This document shows positions 13,890-26,429 of a stretch of 64,000 nucleotides of DNA, piece by piece (positions within the stretch are counted from its first letter, which is position 1; every line of letters begins with the position of its first letter). The notes under the pieces are model-generated. The model worked only from the letters and a program-made list of their open reading frames with translations, searched no databases and was not told the DNA's origin. The position numbers and the translations under genes were made by a program. Source of the DNA: Octopus sinensis (lineage: Eukaryota). The DNA lies in assembly GCF_006345805.1 (NCBI RefSeq), contig NC_043021.1:3162001-3226000 (forward strand), written 5' to 3'.

Positions 13890-13920
13890 CTTATATCTCT
13901 TCCTTTTCTTTTCATTGCAG
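13890..13920 (+). promoter_or_regulatory. Candidate 3' splice site of an upstream (5' UTR) exon
   Basis: Long pyrimidine tract CTCTTATATCTCTTCCTTTTCTTTTCATTGCAG ending at 13920; motif only, no transcript data. Confidence 0.45.
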
Positions 13921-14686
13921 GTCACAAACTTCAAGATAAACAGATGAATACAGTGTGTGCAGCTCTGGCCATAACATCATGTCTGCATTGAAACTTGTTT
14001 CCCCCACCCCATTAATATGAGCTTCTTATATGCCCAGCCAATAACAAGAACCATAGCCTGGCCATTATAGTTCTTGTCCTCAGCTGTTATACAATTGGTG
14101 TGAATTGAATGATCCAGTGTCAGATGATGTTTTAACACTTACTGTAGATATCAAACACAGGCGGAGAATTCTGCCAAAGCAAAGCCAAGCTCTGTGAATG
14201 TAACTTACTTGGTGTTTATATTACAATCAGATGAAGAATGTTTCTCACCACATTTTCTTTCATCCCTTTAACATGATTACATAAAAATCCTTCCTGTGAA
14301 ATATTTAAAAAAAAAAAAAAAACAGTATTGTGTGTGTGTATATATAAACAGTCCTCTTTTGCACAAAGGATTAATCTTTGTCACTGTAACTACAAACATT
14401 CTCTCTGTAAATGCTATTTGTGTTAACCATGGCTCATGTACAGTAATGTTACCAAATCTATCTCATGGATGTATATAGATATCTGTGTCTACATGGAGAA
14501 AATACCGAGTAGATTTGTCCATGCAATCCATTTTTGTTGCTGCAAAAATATTTTAAGCCTTTAGGTTCACTGCTGATACAGTACAAAGCTGCAATGAGAA
14601 CCCTAAAAGCCATGTCTTTTGTCTACCCATCTAAAGAAAGGGCCTTAAAATCATAAAAATACAAGGAAAAAAAAAACAACTCAACA

Positions 14687-14717
<31 letters not shown>

Positions 14718-14784
14718 ACACACACACACATATATATATAATATATATATATATAAAATTATCAAACCATAAAGTTTGTCAGAA

Positions 14785-17700
14785 ATGTCTGCAAACAAAA
14801 AGCGTGGTGGCAGTAGCCGTGTCTCAAAGGCTGAGCAAGCACTAAAGAGCAGCAGCGGTAATGGCAGACCAGGAAGGTTGGTGGTAGAGTCTGGAGAAGA
14901 TACTCCCAAGTCAGTGGAGAAATCTTCCTCAAAGTCTAGTGAAAGCGTTGGAAATCAAACCCCAAAGACCTCTGTGAATGCTGGAAAAGCTGTTCGTAAA
15001 GCTGGACGCCCTCGAAAGCCTCGCGACGGTGATGGCAGTACACCAGCAACTTCCACAGCCCTACAGAACCCTGCCACTCTTTCTACCTCTGGTCCGCTGT
15101 CATCTGTTGGTGCCAAAAAAAGAGGCCGAAAAGCCAAGAATCCCGAATCTGCAGTTTCCACTGGGAGGAAAAAGAGTATTAATAAACGTGCCCTTGAAAT
15201 TGTGGATACTTCGAAAGCAGCAATGGAGAAGTTACAAAAGAAAAAACCCAAAGGAACAAAGTTGTTGGCCACAACAAAAAGTAAAAAAATAGGGAAAGTT
15301 TACACAGAAAAGGGAATTCTTAGCAAAGTAAAGAAGGTTTGTCCAACAGAAAGCAAAGGCGCTAACAAGAAAGCTGCTAAAGAACTACAGTCTGTAAATA
15401 ATAGTAAACTAAAATCTTCAACTTTGCATAAAGTTCTCAAAGGTTCTAAAACAAAGAAATTGTTTTCAAACTCTGAAACTGATACCAGTGAAAGCAGCAA
15501 AATGCCAAAATCCAAAAAACTAGGGCACAACAAAGACAGTAGCGGGACTGGGCTTAAAAAGGTTAAGCTAAAAACTTTGATTAAGATGAAAAAATCTGGT
15601 AGTCAGCCAGGTAGGAAACGCAAAATACCTCAAGCTGAGTGTGAAGATTCTAAAAAGAAAACCAAAGCCAAAAAAATTGTCCAAAGTACTCCGGCCATTA
15701 TCTCAAAACGGAAGTGCAAAAGTAAAAAAAATGACAATCCAGAAAGCGAGAACAAAGGCCAGTTGGTGATAAAGAAAAAACCAGGTCCTGTGAAAGGAAG
15801 TAAAAAGGCTGTCCCAAAGACTTCTGCACTTGATACTAGCAGTAAAGTACAGAAACTGAAGAAATCGTTATCGGATAAATTAAAAATTAAGAAATATAAG
15901 AAAGTGAAAGATAACCCGTCTCCGCACAGACTTAGTGGCGCTGAAAACGTGGTTCAGCAATCCAACAAGTTTGAATCAGCCGATAATAGTAGAATATGTG
16001 AAACAAAAGATATCTGCTTCTCAAAGACATCTCCACTTGAGTCAGGTACACCTACGAATGGAGCAGAAAGTTCTAAAAGACTGGTGAAAACTACACTGGA
16101 CAGTCATAAATTGAATGTTCAGGGTGTCCATGAAAGTGAAATATCCGATTGTTTCAAACAAGGAGTTAATGAGGATTCTATCAACAATGTCGTAGAACTG
16201 GCTGACATGTCTAACAGTGAAGGACTCAATACTGTCTTGGTGCCAAACAAGACCAAATTCCTCAACTCTTCGGTGACTGATGTTACGGACAGCGAAGATG
16301 TAAATACACAAAGCACAATAGACAGTGAGGATGTCACTACGCGAAGTACTCTCGATAGCGAGGATGTGAATACTCAGAGTACCGTGGAAAGTGATCGAGT
16401 GACTACTCCTTGTACAGTTGATAGTGAGGCAGTCAATACTCCAGGTACTGTTGATAGTGATCAGGTTAACACACCATATACCATAGATAGTGAAGATATA
16501 AATACTCAGAGTACTGCAGACAGTGAGAGGATCAATACTCCTTGTACAGAAGAAAGTGAAAACGCCATCCCTCCGCTTTCTGTTGACAGTGAGGAGGTGA
16601 ACACCCCTTGCAGTGTCTTCAGTGAACAGGTGAACACCCCTTGCAGTGTCCTCAGTGAACAGGTGAACACTTCCTGCAGTGTAGATAGTACAGAGGCTGC
16701 AATGCCAAGCTCAATAGAAAGTGAACGGATTAATACACCTTGTTCGATTGATGCTGACGATCCCAGCAGTTGTGAACTGGTAGCTTCAGATTTGAAGGCT
16801 ACTCCTGTTGTCAGTTCCCAGAGTCTAGAATACAACACTGTGGAATCTTCGAAAACCCCAGTTAATCTGAAGGTGGAAGATAATGTGTGTTCCAATCAGA
16901 CGTTAAGTAGTCTTGAACCGAAGTCACCAGCGGCAGCAGCAGCGGCAAGTGTGGAACCATCAATTTTACTTGATAACCAATCCAAAGAAGTGATAAATAC
17001 AGGTAGACAGAGTTCACTTCCAAACTCAGAAAGTTCTGAACCAAACCAAGCTGACTGCCAGTCGTTTCCCAACCAGTCCAAAGTTGAAGTGGAGGATGAC
17101 ATTTATGCCAAACCAGCAAGCTCTGTGGAAATGAGTCCTTTACTTTTGGAACTTTCCCCTGCTGAAAGTGACATAAACGTAGTTGATGATGTCGAGGTTG
17201 TTGATCCCACTAACACATCACCAACTGAACCAGATCTGTCTACAGACAATCAGGCAGATCTTGGCTCAGAGTTGATTCGCAGTCCTGTTTCACACAGTAA
17301 GAAAGCTTCCGAGCAGTTGCTGGAAATGCAACATTCTACAGAAGAAAATCATGGAGATTGTTCTACGTTTTCAGCACTGAAGGAGAAAAACTGCGATGAC
17401 TCTTCGGTGTTTACTGTTCAGGCAAAACTTGTGTCTTCAAATCCATCAGTTGAATTAGTTTCAGATGCCACCAGTTCTATGCCGGTGTTTTCATCAACTG
17501 TTAGCAAAGATCTTCAAGCAACAAATGTTGCAGCCGTATTTATTCCCTCTGCAAAGGCTGAGGACGAAGCTTACAGATCTAAATGCTGCACCAATGATGT
17601 TGGAAATCTTGCAGAACCAGTGCAAAAAGAACTTGCTATTGCTGCAGAAGATAGTAAAGAATCTGTGACTGATGAAGTGTTGGAAAAGTCAGCATGTGTC

Positions 17701-20700
17701 AATATGCCTGGCTTGGTGTCTGTCATCTCAAGACCTTCCATTATTTCTTCAAGTAAAACAGACATTATTAAACACCAGCAGCAAACTAACCCAGCTGATA
17801 TACATAATCTACACGAAGACAACAAGAAACCATTTCAACCCCAGTTCCCTGTCAAAGAGAAAAACATTTTTGCCTCGTTTGCTGAACTTGATCCCAAGCT
17901 TCACGAAAAGCCTCTGTCTGTAATCCGAGCAACAGCAAATCCAGAAGCTAGTGTTTCAGCTTCACTGGTGATGGAGATGTTATCACCACCCCCATCTTCC
18001 ACCTTCAAACTCTCAAACTGCACTTCTGTATTGAGCAAGATCTCGAAATGTAGCACCGATGTAGACACGTGTAGTCCTGATGGAAATAAATCAGCCACTA
18101 AAATCCTGCAGGATCTTTCTTCATCTGAAACTGTTCCGACCAGAATTCAATCACCACCACCACCGGAAACAATTTCTCACGGCTCTTCATTCTTTGAAAG
18201 TAAAATGAATTACGTAAAGGCTACGGAGACAGAGACTTCAGCCTCACCACCCAGAGCTGGTGAGGAATGTCATAAAATCACATCGTCACACACTTATTCG
18301 AAATTTGCTGAAGATTTGCCTGATCAGAGAAACCTGCTGAAAGTTATCTCCCTTGAGCAACCTTCCTCTGGTGGTGAGCCACAACCTGCTTCACAAGCAA
18401 CACCATTGTTACTTGGAAGTAAACTGTCAGCAAAGCAAAAGGATGATCAACCTCCAGCAACTGAATTGGATTCCACATCTGATGAACAGAAAGTTGTTGA
18501 GAGCAGTTTGAGTACGAAAATACAATGGCAGCCAAATGCTGTAGCCGCCATGTCTTCTGATGCCAAAGAGTTGGACCCTAACATAGCGTCTGTGATCAAA
18601 TGTAGTGATGGTGCCAACAAGTCTGATCCAATTAAACTGTTCAAAGAGCAAATCATTAAGAATGAAATTCCTAATGAATCGCTTCAAATTAAGACTTTAC
18701 CCAGTAAAGATAATTTGTATTCTCCTTCCAGTATTGTTGCCACGGCTGCGTCTGAAATTGACTTAAATTTGAACACTGCAGCATGTTCTGCTAGCTTTAA
18801 AGATGAACGTGGTTTACCCTTGGATACAGCTTCTGTCAAACTTGATCCAGACAAGCCTACGGATAATGACATTTTCAAAGTTAATTCTGATTTACAAAAA
18901 GATACAGTTAATCTTAAAGATGATGCTGATACACAGTCAGATTCAGCTAGTCCTAAAACAGATCCTTATATGCAATCAGATGAGGATAGCCCTCAAGTCA
19001 ACTCTGATGTGCTATCAAATGAAGATAGCCCCAAAGATGAGCCTGATACAATACTGAATGTAGATAGCCCCAAAGATGAGCCTGATACAATACTGAATGT
19101 AGATAGCCCTAAAGATGAGCCTGATACAATATTGAATGTAGATAGCCCCAAAGACGAGCCTGTTACACTATCAAATTTAGATATCCCCCAAAATGAGTCC
19201 AACACATTATCAAATGTTGATAGCCCCAAAGATGAACCTAATGCATTATCAAATATAGAAAGTACCAGATATGAGCCTGGTGTATTATTAAATGTAGGTC
19301 ACCCCAAAGTTGAGCTCAATACATTGTCAGATCTAAGTATTCCTAAAGATGAACCTGGTACATTGTCAAATGTAGATAGCCCTAAACATGTACCCAATGC
19401 ATTATCAAATGAAGATAGCCCCAAAGAAGAGCCTGATACATTAATAAGTATAGGTAGCCCCAAAGATGAGCCCAATATATTAATAAATATTGATAGCCAC
19501 AATGTTGAACCTAGTATATTAATGAATGTAGGTAGCCCCCAAAATGAGCCAGATACATTGCCCAGTGTAGGTAGTCCCAAAGTTGAACATGGCACGTTGA
19601 TAAATGTCAGTAGCCCCAATGATGAACCCACTACATTATCGAATGTAGATAGCCCCAAAGTTGAACCTGACACAGTAATAACTGTCAGTAGCTCCCAAAA
19701 TGAACCCAATACATTATCAAATATAGGTAGCCCCAATGATGAGCTCAATACATCAATAAATGTAGGTAGCCCCAATGATGAGCCCAATACAATAATAAGT
19801 GCAGGTAGCCCCAAAGGTGAGCCCAATACAATAATAAATGCAGGTAGCCCCAAAGGTGAGCCCAATACATTATCAGTTGTTGGAAGCCCTAGAGATGAGC
19901 CCAGTGCATTATCTATTGTTGATAGCCCTAGAGATGAACCTAATGCATTAATAAACGTTGGTAGCCCTAGAGATGAGCCCAATACATTATCAATTGTTGG
20001 TAGCCCTAGAGATGAGCCCAATACATTAATAAATGTTGGTAGCCCTAGAGATGAACCCAATACATTAATAAATGTTGGTAGCCCTAGAGATGAGCCCAAT
20101 ACATTAATAAATGTTGGTAGCCCTAGAGATGAGCCCAATACATTAATAAATGTAAGTAGCCCCAAAAGTGAGCCTGATACATTATCAGTTGCTGTTAGCC
20201 CTAGAGTTAAGTCCAATACATTAGTAAATGTAAGTAGTCCCAAAGATGAGCCCAATACATTGTCAGTTGTTAGTAGCCCCAAAGATGAGCCCAATACATT
20301 GTCAATTGTTGGTAGCCCCAAAGATGAGCCCAATACATTAATAAGTGTAGGTAGCCCCAAAGATGAGCCCAATACATTGTCAATTGTTGGTAGCCCCAAA
20401 GATGAGCCCAATACATTAATAAGTGTAGGTAGCCCCAAAGATGAGCCCAATACATTGTCAATTGTTGGTAGCCCCAAAGATGGACATGATACATTAATCA
20501 ATGCAGATAGTCCCAAAGATAATAAGTCTGATGTATTATCAAATATAAATAGCCCCAAAGATGAGCCCAATGCAATATCAAATACAGACAGTCCCAAAGA
20601 TAAGTCCAATACTTCAATAAATGAAGGTAGTCCTAAAGATGTACCTGATATACAATCAGGCGCAACATGCCCCGAAATTGACCTCAGTATGCAGTTTGAT

Positions 20701-23700
20701 GTAACTAACTCCCAAGTTGATGCTAATATGCAATCAGATTCTGAATGTTCTATGGATGTGCAGTTGGATGCAACTAATTCCGAAGTTGATGCCAATTTGC
20801 AGTCAGGCTCAGCTTGCTCTCGAGTTGAACTTGACATGCAGTTGGAAGTAACTAACCCTGCAGCTAACCCCATTATGCCTCTGTCTACAGCAGATGATTT
20901 GCAAATGAATTCAGCAGCTTCCAAAGCTGATGGTGGCTCTCAGTCGACTGTGACTGTTGTTAAAGTCAATTCTGCTGCTTATCAAGACAAATGCAGTCCT
21001 GACGTGAAGTCAGATGTTACTGACAACACAAACACTCCCCCTCCTGCATCTTGCGAGCCATCTTCCCCTGTGGTTGCTTCAGAGAATAAATCTCTTCAGC
21101 AGAATCAGTCTCCAGTCGCTGGAGATAAAGCAGAGCAGTTCATCAAAAAAACATCAAAGCCTTCGGATCAATGCCAACCATGTGAAGTGAACGATAGTTC
21201 TCAGTCCTCTTCGTTATTTCCACCTCATCAAACTTCATCATCGTCATCATCAGTATCATCTGTAATACTTCCATCATCATCGTCATCCTCATCCTCCTCA
21301 TCATCATCCTCATCGGCATTGTCATCATCATTGCCATCAACATCATCATCATCATCATCAGAGCTACTGACTCATGAACAATCACCTAGCTTAGCTCTAT
21401 CAGATATGCCTTCTCAAGAACAGAAACTACCATTGGTTATAAGGTTTAATGATTCATCTAATACATGTGATGTGAAAAGTGACGAGGAGAAGGAAGGAAA
21501 ATCCAGTGTCAAAGCAGAGGCAACCAGTGTTGTGGTGGCAGAGAAGACGGATGTGGAAACGAAGATCAGTGAAGAAAATGCAGTTAGTTCTGTAGAGTCT
21601 TTGAATGACTCAAACGTAAATGGCATTCCTGAAAGTATAGGCAATGGCAATGAACCTCCTCCTGATATCAAGGCTTCTAGCCTTGATCCTTCATCAAATC
21701 TCAGCTGTAGTAGTGATAGTAGTAATAGTAACAGCAAGACGTTGTCTACTATGGTGACTGTTACTTCATCATCTATGGCTAGTCCATCATTGTCGAAATC
21801 TGATGAGGCTTCTGTGATACATAGTGAAGCCTCCTCCGATAGTGCAGTACCTTCCTATAAAAAGAACCCTGGTGCCTTGATACAAAATCCAACAAACACA
21901 ACAGAATCTTTGGCTGCATTTTCTTTGAATTCTGCCCCCGTTAAAAAGGAGACTCTTACTGTCCCCCCAATCAAGATAAAGGTCGAGTCTGAAGCAACTC
22001 CATCGGACTCTTTGTCCCATTTGTCAACCTCCATGGTGATAGCTCCAGCCGCTGCTCAAAGAATTCTCTCGTTAGCAACTCTGGCCAACAAAGTCACTCT
22101 GAAATCTAGCCATGCCACACCAGCCATTAAGAAATCAAAATCAGAAGATTCTGAAAGTGGCAATTTGTTATTGAAAGGAGAGACAGGTGGTCACCTGGTG
22201 GAAAGCGAAGATAACAGTGAAAGCGTGGATGAAAGAGTTTCTGGTTCAAAGAGCAGTGCTCCAGCTCCCCATAGGGTTGTGAGTGGAGATTTAACCGACC
22301 ATTCGAAGGCGGCCACAGTTGCCGCTCCTTCAGATAAAGTTCCTGAAAGAGATGTTTCTGGCTCATCAGCATCTACAGAATCTCCAAACATTGAGAAGCC
22401 TCCTCTTGGCAATGATGAGGATAACCTCTCCAGTGTTGAATTAGGGAAAACCCCTACAGCTACCGACTTGGACAAGGGCTCTGCAGAGAACACTAACAAC
22501 AGTTGCCTGAAATCTCCAAACTCCACTTCTAACCCGCAGCTTGTTTGTGACCCTTCTCCGAAAGAGAAGGACAGTGAAGAGCAAAGAAAAGGTTCTAGTT
22601 GTCAGGTTACTGTTGACCTGTCCGTCTCGGTCAGCATCGAGCCCCCTCCCACTCCCTATCCTCCCCTCTCCATATCTCCAAAGGCATCTCATAAGAACAT
22701 AGAGATGAGCAATGAGAGAACTGAAATGAGGTCATCCCCCCCTGATGATAAATCCAGCTCCTTAGCTGCAGTTAATAAGCCAGATGTGGAAATAGTCAAA
22801 CCACAGCTGAAGCCATCATTTGCTATCTTTGACAGCTGCCTTGTGTGCATAATTTGCCGGAAGATGTGCAAAAGTAAGAAATCTTTCCAGGCGCATGTGT
22901 GGTGGCATTTTCATGCTTGTAGTCGGATGTGCACCCATTGTCTGCCTCCTCCAGAACCCATCAGTATTAATAACCAACACAAACTTCAGCTGAATAAGTG
23001 CCCTTATGTGATGGATGTTATGGTTAAGATATGTCGCACTCTTAAAAAGATACGTCAGGCGAAGCTGCAGTCTGGCAAAGACCAGGTTGAACGTGAAAAA
23101 ACATTTGCAGAGGAGGAAACTGACACCGAGAGCGTGGATCTAGACTACGACTTGAACAACGGTGGTAGTGGTGGCGGTGGGGAAAACAGTAGCAGCAGCA
23201 AGATGGCGGATCTGTCACTGACCGCAGCACAAGTTGACAGCAGCCAGTCAAACAACCAGAAATCCAATGCAACCGATGACAACAGTATATTTGCCCCGGC
23301 AAACGTTGAGTATCTCAGGTCCCTCTACTCCAGTGGTAGTAACAGCAAAAAACGGACTAAAAAGTCTTCTTCCAGTGGCCCGAACCACCACCACCACCAC
23401 CACCATCACCACCACCACCACCATAGTTCGTCCTCGTCGTCTTCTTCGTCCACCTCCTCATCTGTGGTAAACTCTTCAGTGTCGTCTTCCCACAAGAAAG
23501 GGGGTTTCTATGTCTGCGGTTTTCAGTACTGTACTTACTCCTGTATGAATTGTCTTCAGTTCCGTCTGCATCTCCAGCAGTGTCATAACTTTGAAACTGT
23601 GTTTCCTTGCTACCATTGTGGCCAGCTGAATTATTCAAAAGATGACCTCATCAAACACATGTACAATCATTCAAATGCGCGAGATTTTCTGCTATTTCGA

Positions 23701-26429
23701 TGTTGGTTCCCTCGGTGTCGGTTTGGTACAAACATGCTTCAAGAGTTTCACGAACACAACAACATTTTCCATGTCGGTGAGTTAGTGTTTACCTGCTTCT
23801 ACTGCAACACGGAGTTCCCCGAACTATCTGAACTGCTCAACCATCTCCAGTCTAATTTGCTGAAATTTGTACAATGTCCTCACTGCACTGTGAAGGACCG
23901 AAACCGAAGGACTGTTTTGAACCACATATCTACCGAACACCCACTGAAACCAAAGCAAATTGTGGTTACCTGCCAAGTTGTATGCAAAAAGAAGCAAACT
24001 GTCTCCCCTGATGCTAGTGAGATACTGCACAATCAGCATCTTAAACTAAACCAGTCTCTGTCCGAAGAACGAATACTGGAATGTATTAAATGTGGCCTGA
24101 TCTGTCGTAACATAGCAACATTACGGAAACACTCCCGCGTCTGCCTCCGAGACGCTCTTTCCAAGAAAACATTCAGCTCACCGAGAGAGAACAATTTAAC
24201 TATGATCTACTCTTGTCAATGGTGTAGTTTCCCAGCAGCCTCTGATACGATGCTTTTCCAGCACACTGTTGACCAGCATCCGGGCAAGAATGCCAATTTT
24301 GAGCAGATTGAGCTGAAGGCACTTGACTCAGGATATGGTGAATATGAAAACCTCTCTAGAATGTCGTCTTGGCTTGAAGCAACCAAGAGTGAAGCTATCA
24401 TCTGCCCTTACTGCAAAGTTGGCTTTGATGATGAACTCCAGTGGAGTGAACACATGGAGCACGAACACAACCACGAAGAGCATATAGTCAAAGAAGAGGA
24501 TGATGATGATGACGACGACGAGGATGGCCATTTATCAAAGTACCGATGTGATTTTTGTGAATTTAACGGTATTTCTGAAAAGGATCTCTTAGATCACCAG
24601 CAAATGATGACTATATCCGAGGGTCCAGACGGACTGCACAGAAGGGTTGTTGACCTCGCAAATGTAACACCAAAAGTGACAATGTTAACGGACACCAAGT
24701 TAACTGTGAGTAACGTTCAGTCATTCAAGAAGTTCAAGAGGTCACCAAGTAAAAAGATGAACAATGCATTCTTTAAGTGTTCTGGCTGCCACTTCCGGAG
24801 CTTGAGCAAGTGGCAATCATTGCGACACGTGAAGCATTGTTCCCTTGCAAAGCGACGCCTCTCAGAATATATGAAGAAAAGAGGGTCATTCGTTAGCCGA
24901 GATGAAGTGAAGGCAGATATGGACATATACAATTTCCCAGAAAGCAACTCTGGATCATCGTCTTCGTCGTCTGAGCGATTGAGTTTCACTGCTGCCAGCA
25001 GTGATGAGCTTCGTAATCAAAAGAGTTCTCGAATGATGTCATACATGCGGGACAAACAGATGAACCTGATGGCCAAGGAAGGTATTATTGACTGCACAGA
25101 CAGCGAGGGATACAAGTGTTCAATTTGTAAACATACTGGCAAAACAATGATAAACATTCGGCAGCATCTGTGGAAAACTCATCTGAAACTAAAACCCGTT
25201 CGTTGTCCTTGCTGTCCATTCACGTCCTGGAAGAACTACACCCTGGAAAAGCACAAGATCAGCAAGCATCATCATTCGCATCCTAACCTCTCTGATCAAG
25301 AGATGAAATCGCTGGCTCAGAATCTCCAAGGAACCACAGATGGTCTCGTTGAATGTCAGCTCTGTTTCTACAAGAGTCCCAGTCCATATAAAGTACGAAC
25401 ACACCTCTGGCGAACGCACATGCACCTTGAAATGAAACAGTGTAGGTCCTGCTCTTATAAGTGTTGGTATTGGTACTTAATGAACATGCATCGACTGTCG
25501 CGACACAAAATAAAGGTAGACCAGAATAGCACGAAATATCAGCAGCAGCAACAGCAGAAGAGTCAAAACGAAAACAAAAATATGCTTGAAGGCAATGGTG
25601 AATCCAAAACTGATGAAAAAAATTCGTATAAACCAAATAGTGGTGACAATGCCATGTCTGACGAAGACATGAGTCAACTAGCTAAAGAGTTGATGGCGCG
25701 AAAGACTGATAATAAATACGAATGCACTATATGTAAATATGAATGCACACGCATTATGATAATGAAAATCCATATCTGGAAGCGCCATTTGAATGTAAAA
25801 CAACGCAAATGCCCATATTGTCCGTACACTTGCTGGCTAGAAACGCGTTTGGCTCAACATGTCTGTCGGATTGTAGTAGCCAGCTCTTGTGATGTTAACT
25901 CCGATGGTGGCGGCGGTGGTGATGGTGGTGCCACAGGGCCAATACAGGACTCCAAATCTCGGTGGGTGATTTCAAAAGCAGATGAACATGGTTGCAAGTT
26001 ATATATTAATAAATCAAAGCGTCCACACAAAAGACTATCGTTTGAAGAGTTCGGAAGGCCGTGTCCAAAGAAATTCCGATCACTTTCCGAAGGCGGGGCT
26101 GCCAATGGGAGTGCTGATAACAGTGTTGATGGCTTAGATGACTCTGAGAATACCTCGAGTTTTACCGCCACCTCAACTGTGGCAACTTTTGTCAAGGGAA
26201 GTAAGAACTTTTCTTGGATCCGACAGAAGCACGAGAAGTCTGTTTCTCAATCTTTCTTCCGCGTTAATGACAAAAAACTTTTTGCACGCACCACAGACCG
26301 TTTGAACCAGTTGGAAATTTATACGTGTGTTTTCTGTAGCTATAAGTCCTGGAATATGGAGGCAATGTGTCACCATACTTACAAACATAAGCTACAGTGT
26401 GGTTACTGCTTGTTCAGAGCCTACAGCCG
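14785..26429 (+). CDS. Giant coding exon of a ~4130-aa AT-hook / dispersed C2H2 zinc-finger protein (first coding exon in the window)
   Basis: 3885-codon stop-free ORF; first ATG at 14785, with an AG at 14781-82 as possible acceptor; RKAGRPRKP motif; about 18 CxxC...H..H/C fingers after 22840; canonical donor CG|GTAAGT at 26429/26430. Confidence 0.92.
14995..15021 (+). other. AT-hook-like motif RKAGRPRKP
   Basis: GRP core flanked by K/R; second basic motif KKRGRKAK nearby; K-rich region to about 15910. Confidence 0.65.
16288..16749 (+). repeat. Coding tandem repeat, 14 x 33 bp (11 aa, DSEDVNTPCTV-like)
   Basis: Units counted in the translation from DSEDVNTQSTI to ESERINTPCSI; 462 bp = 14 x 33. 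Confidence 0.9.
18949..20667 (+). repeat. Coding minisatellite, 44 x 39 bp (13 aa, SPKDEPNTLINVG-like)
   Basis: Units counted from SPKTDPYMQSDED to SPKDVPDIQSGAT; 1719 bp = 44 x 39 + 3 (one 14-aa unit). Confidence 0.95.
23386..23424 (+). repeat. Poly-His tract (13 His) followed by poly-Ser
   Basis: (CAC/CAT)13 in frame, then SSSSSSSSSTSSS. Confidence 0.95.

Noticed and set aside
14776-14784. TTG start and the 3885-aa single-exon product ending at TAA 26433
   Set aside because: The first ATG is at 14785; the TAA lies within a canonical GTAAGT donor, and splicing completes a zinc finger.
19299-20924. 541-aa antisense ORF
   Set aside because: It is the reverse frame of the 39-bp coding repeat, whose unit happens to lack stops on that strand; no independent domain or start context.
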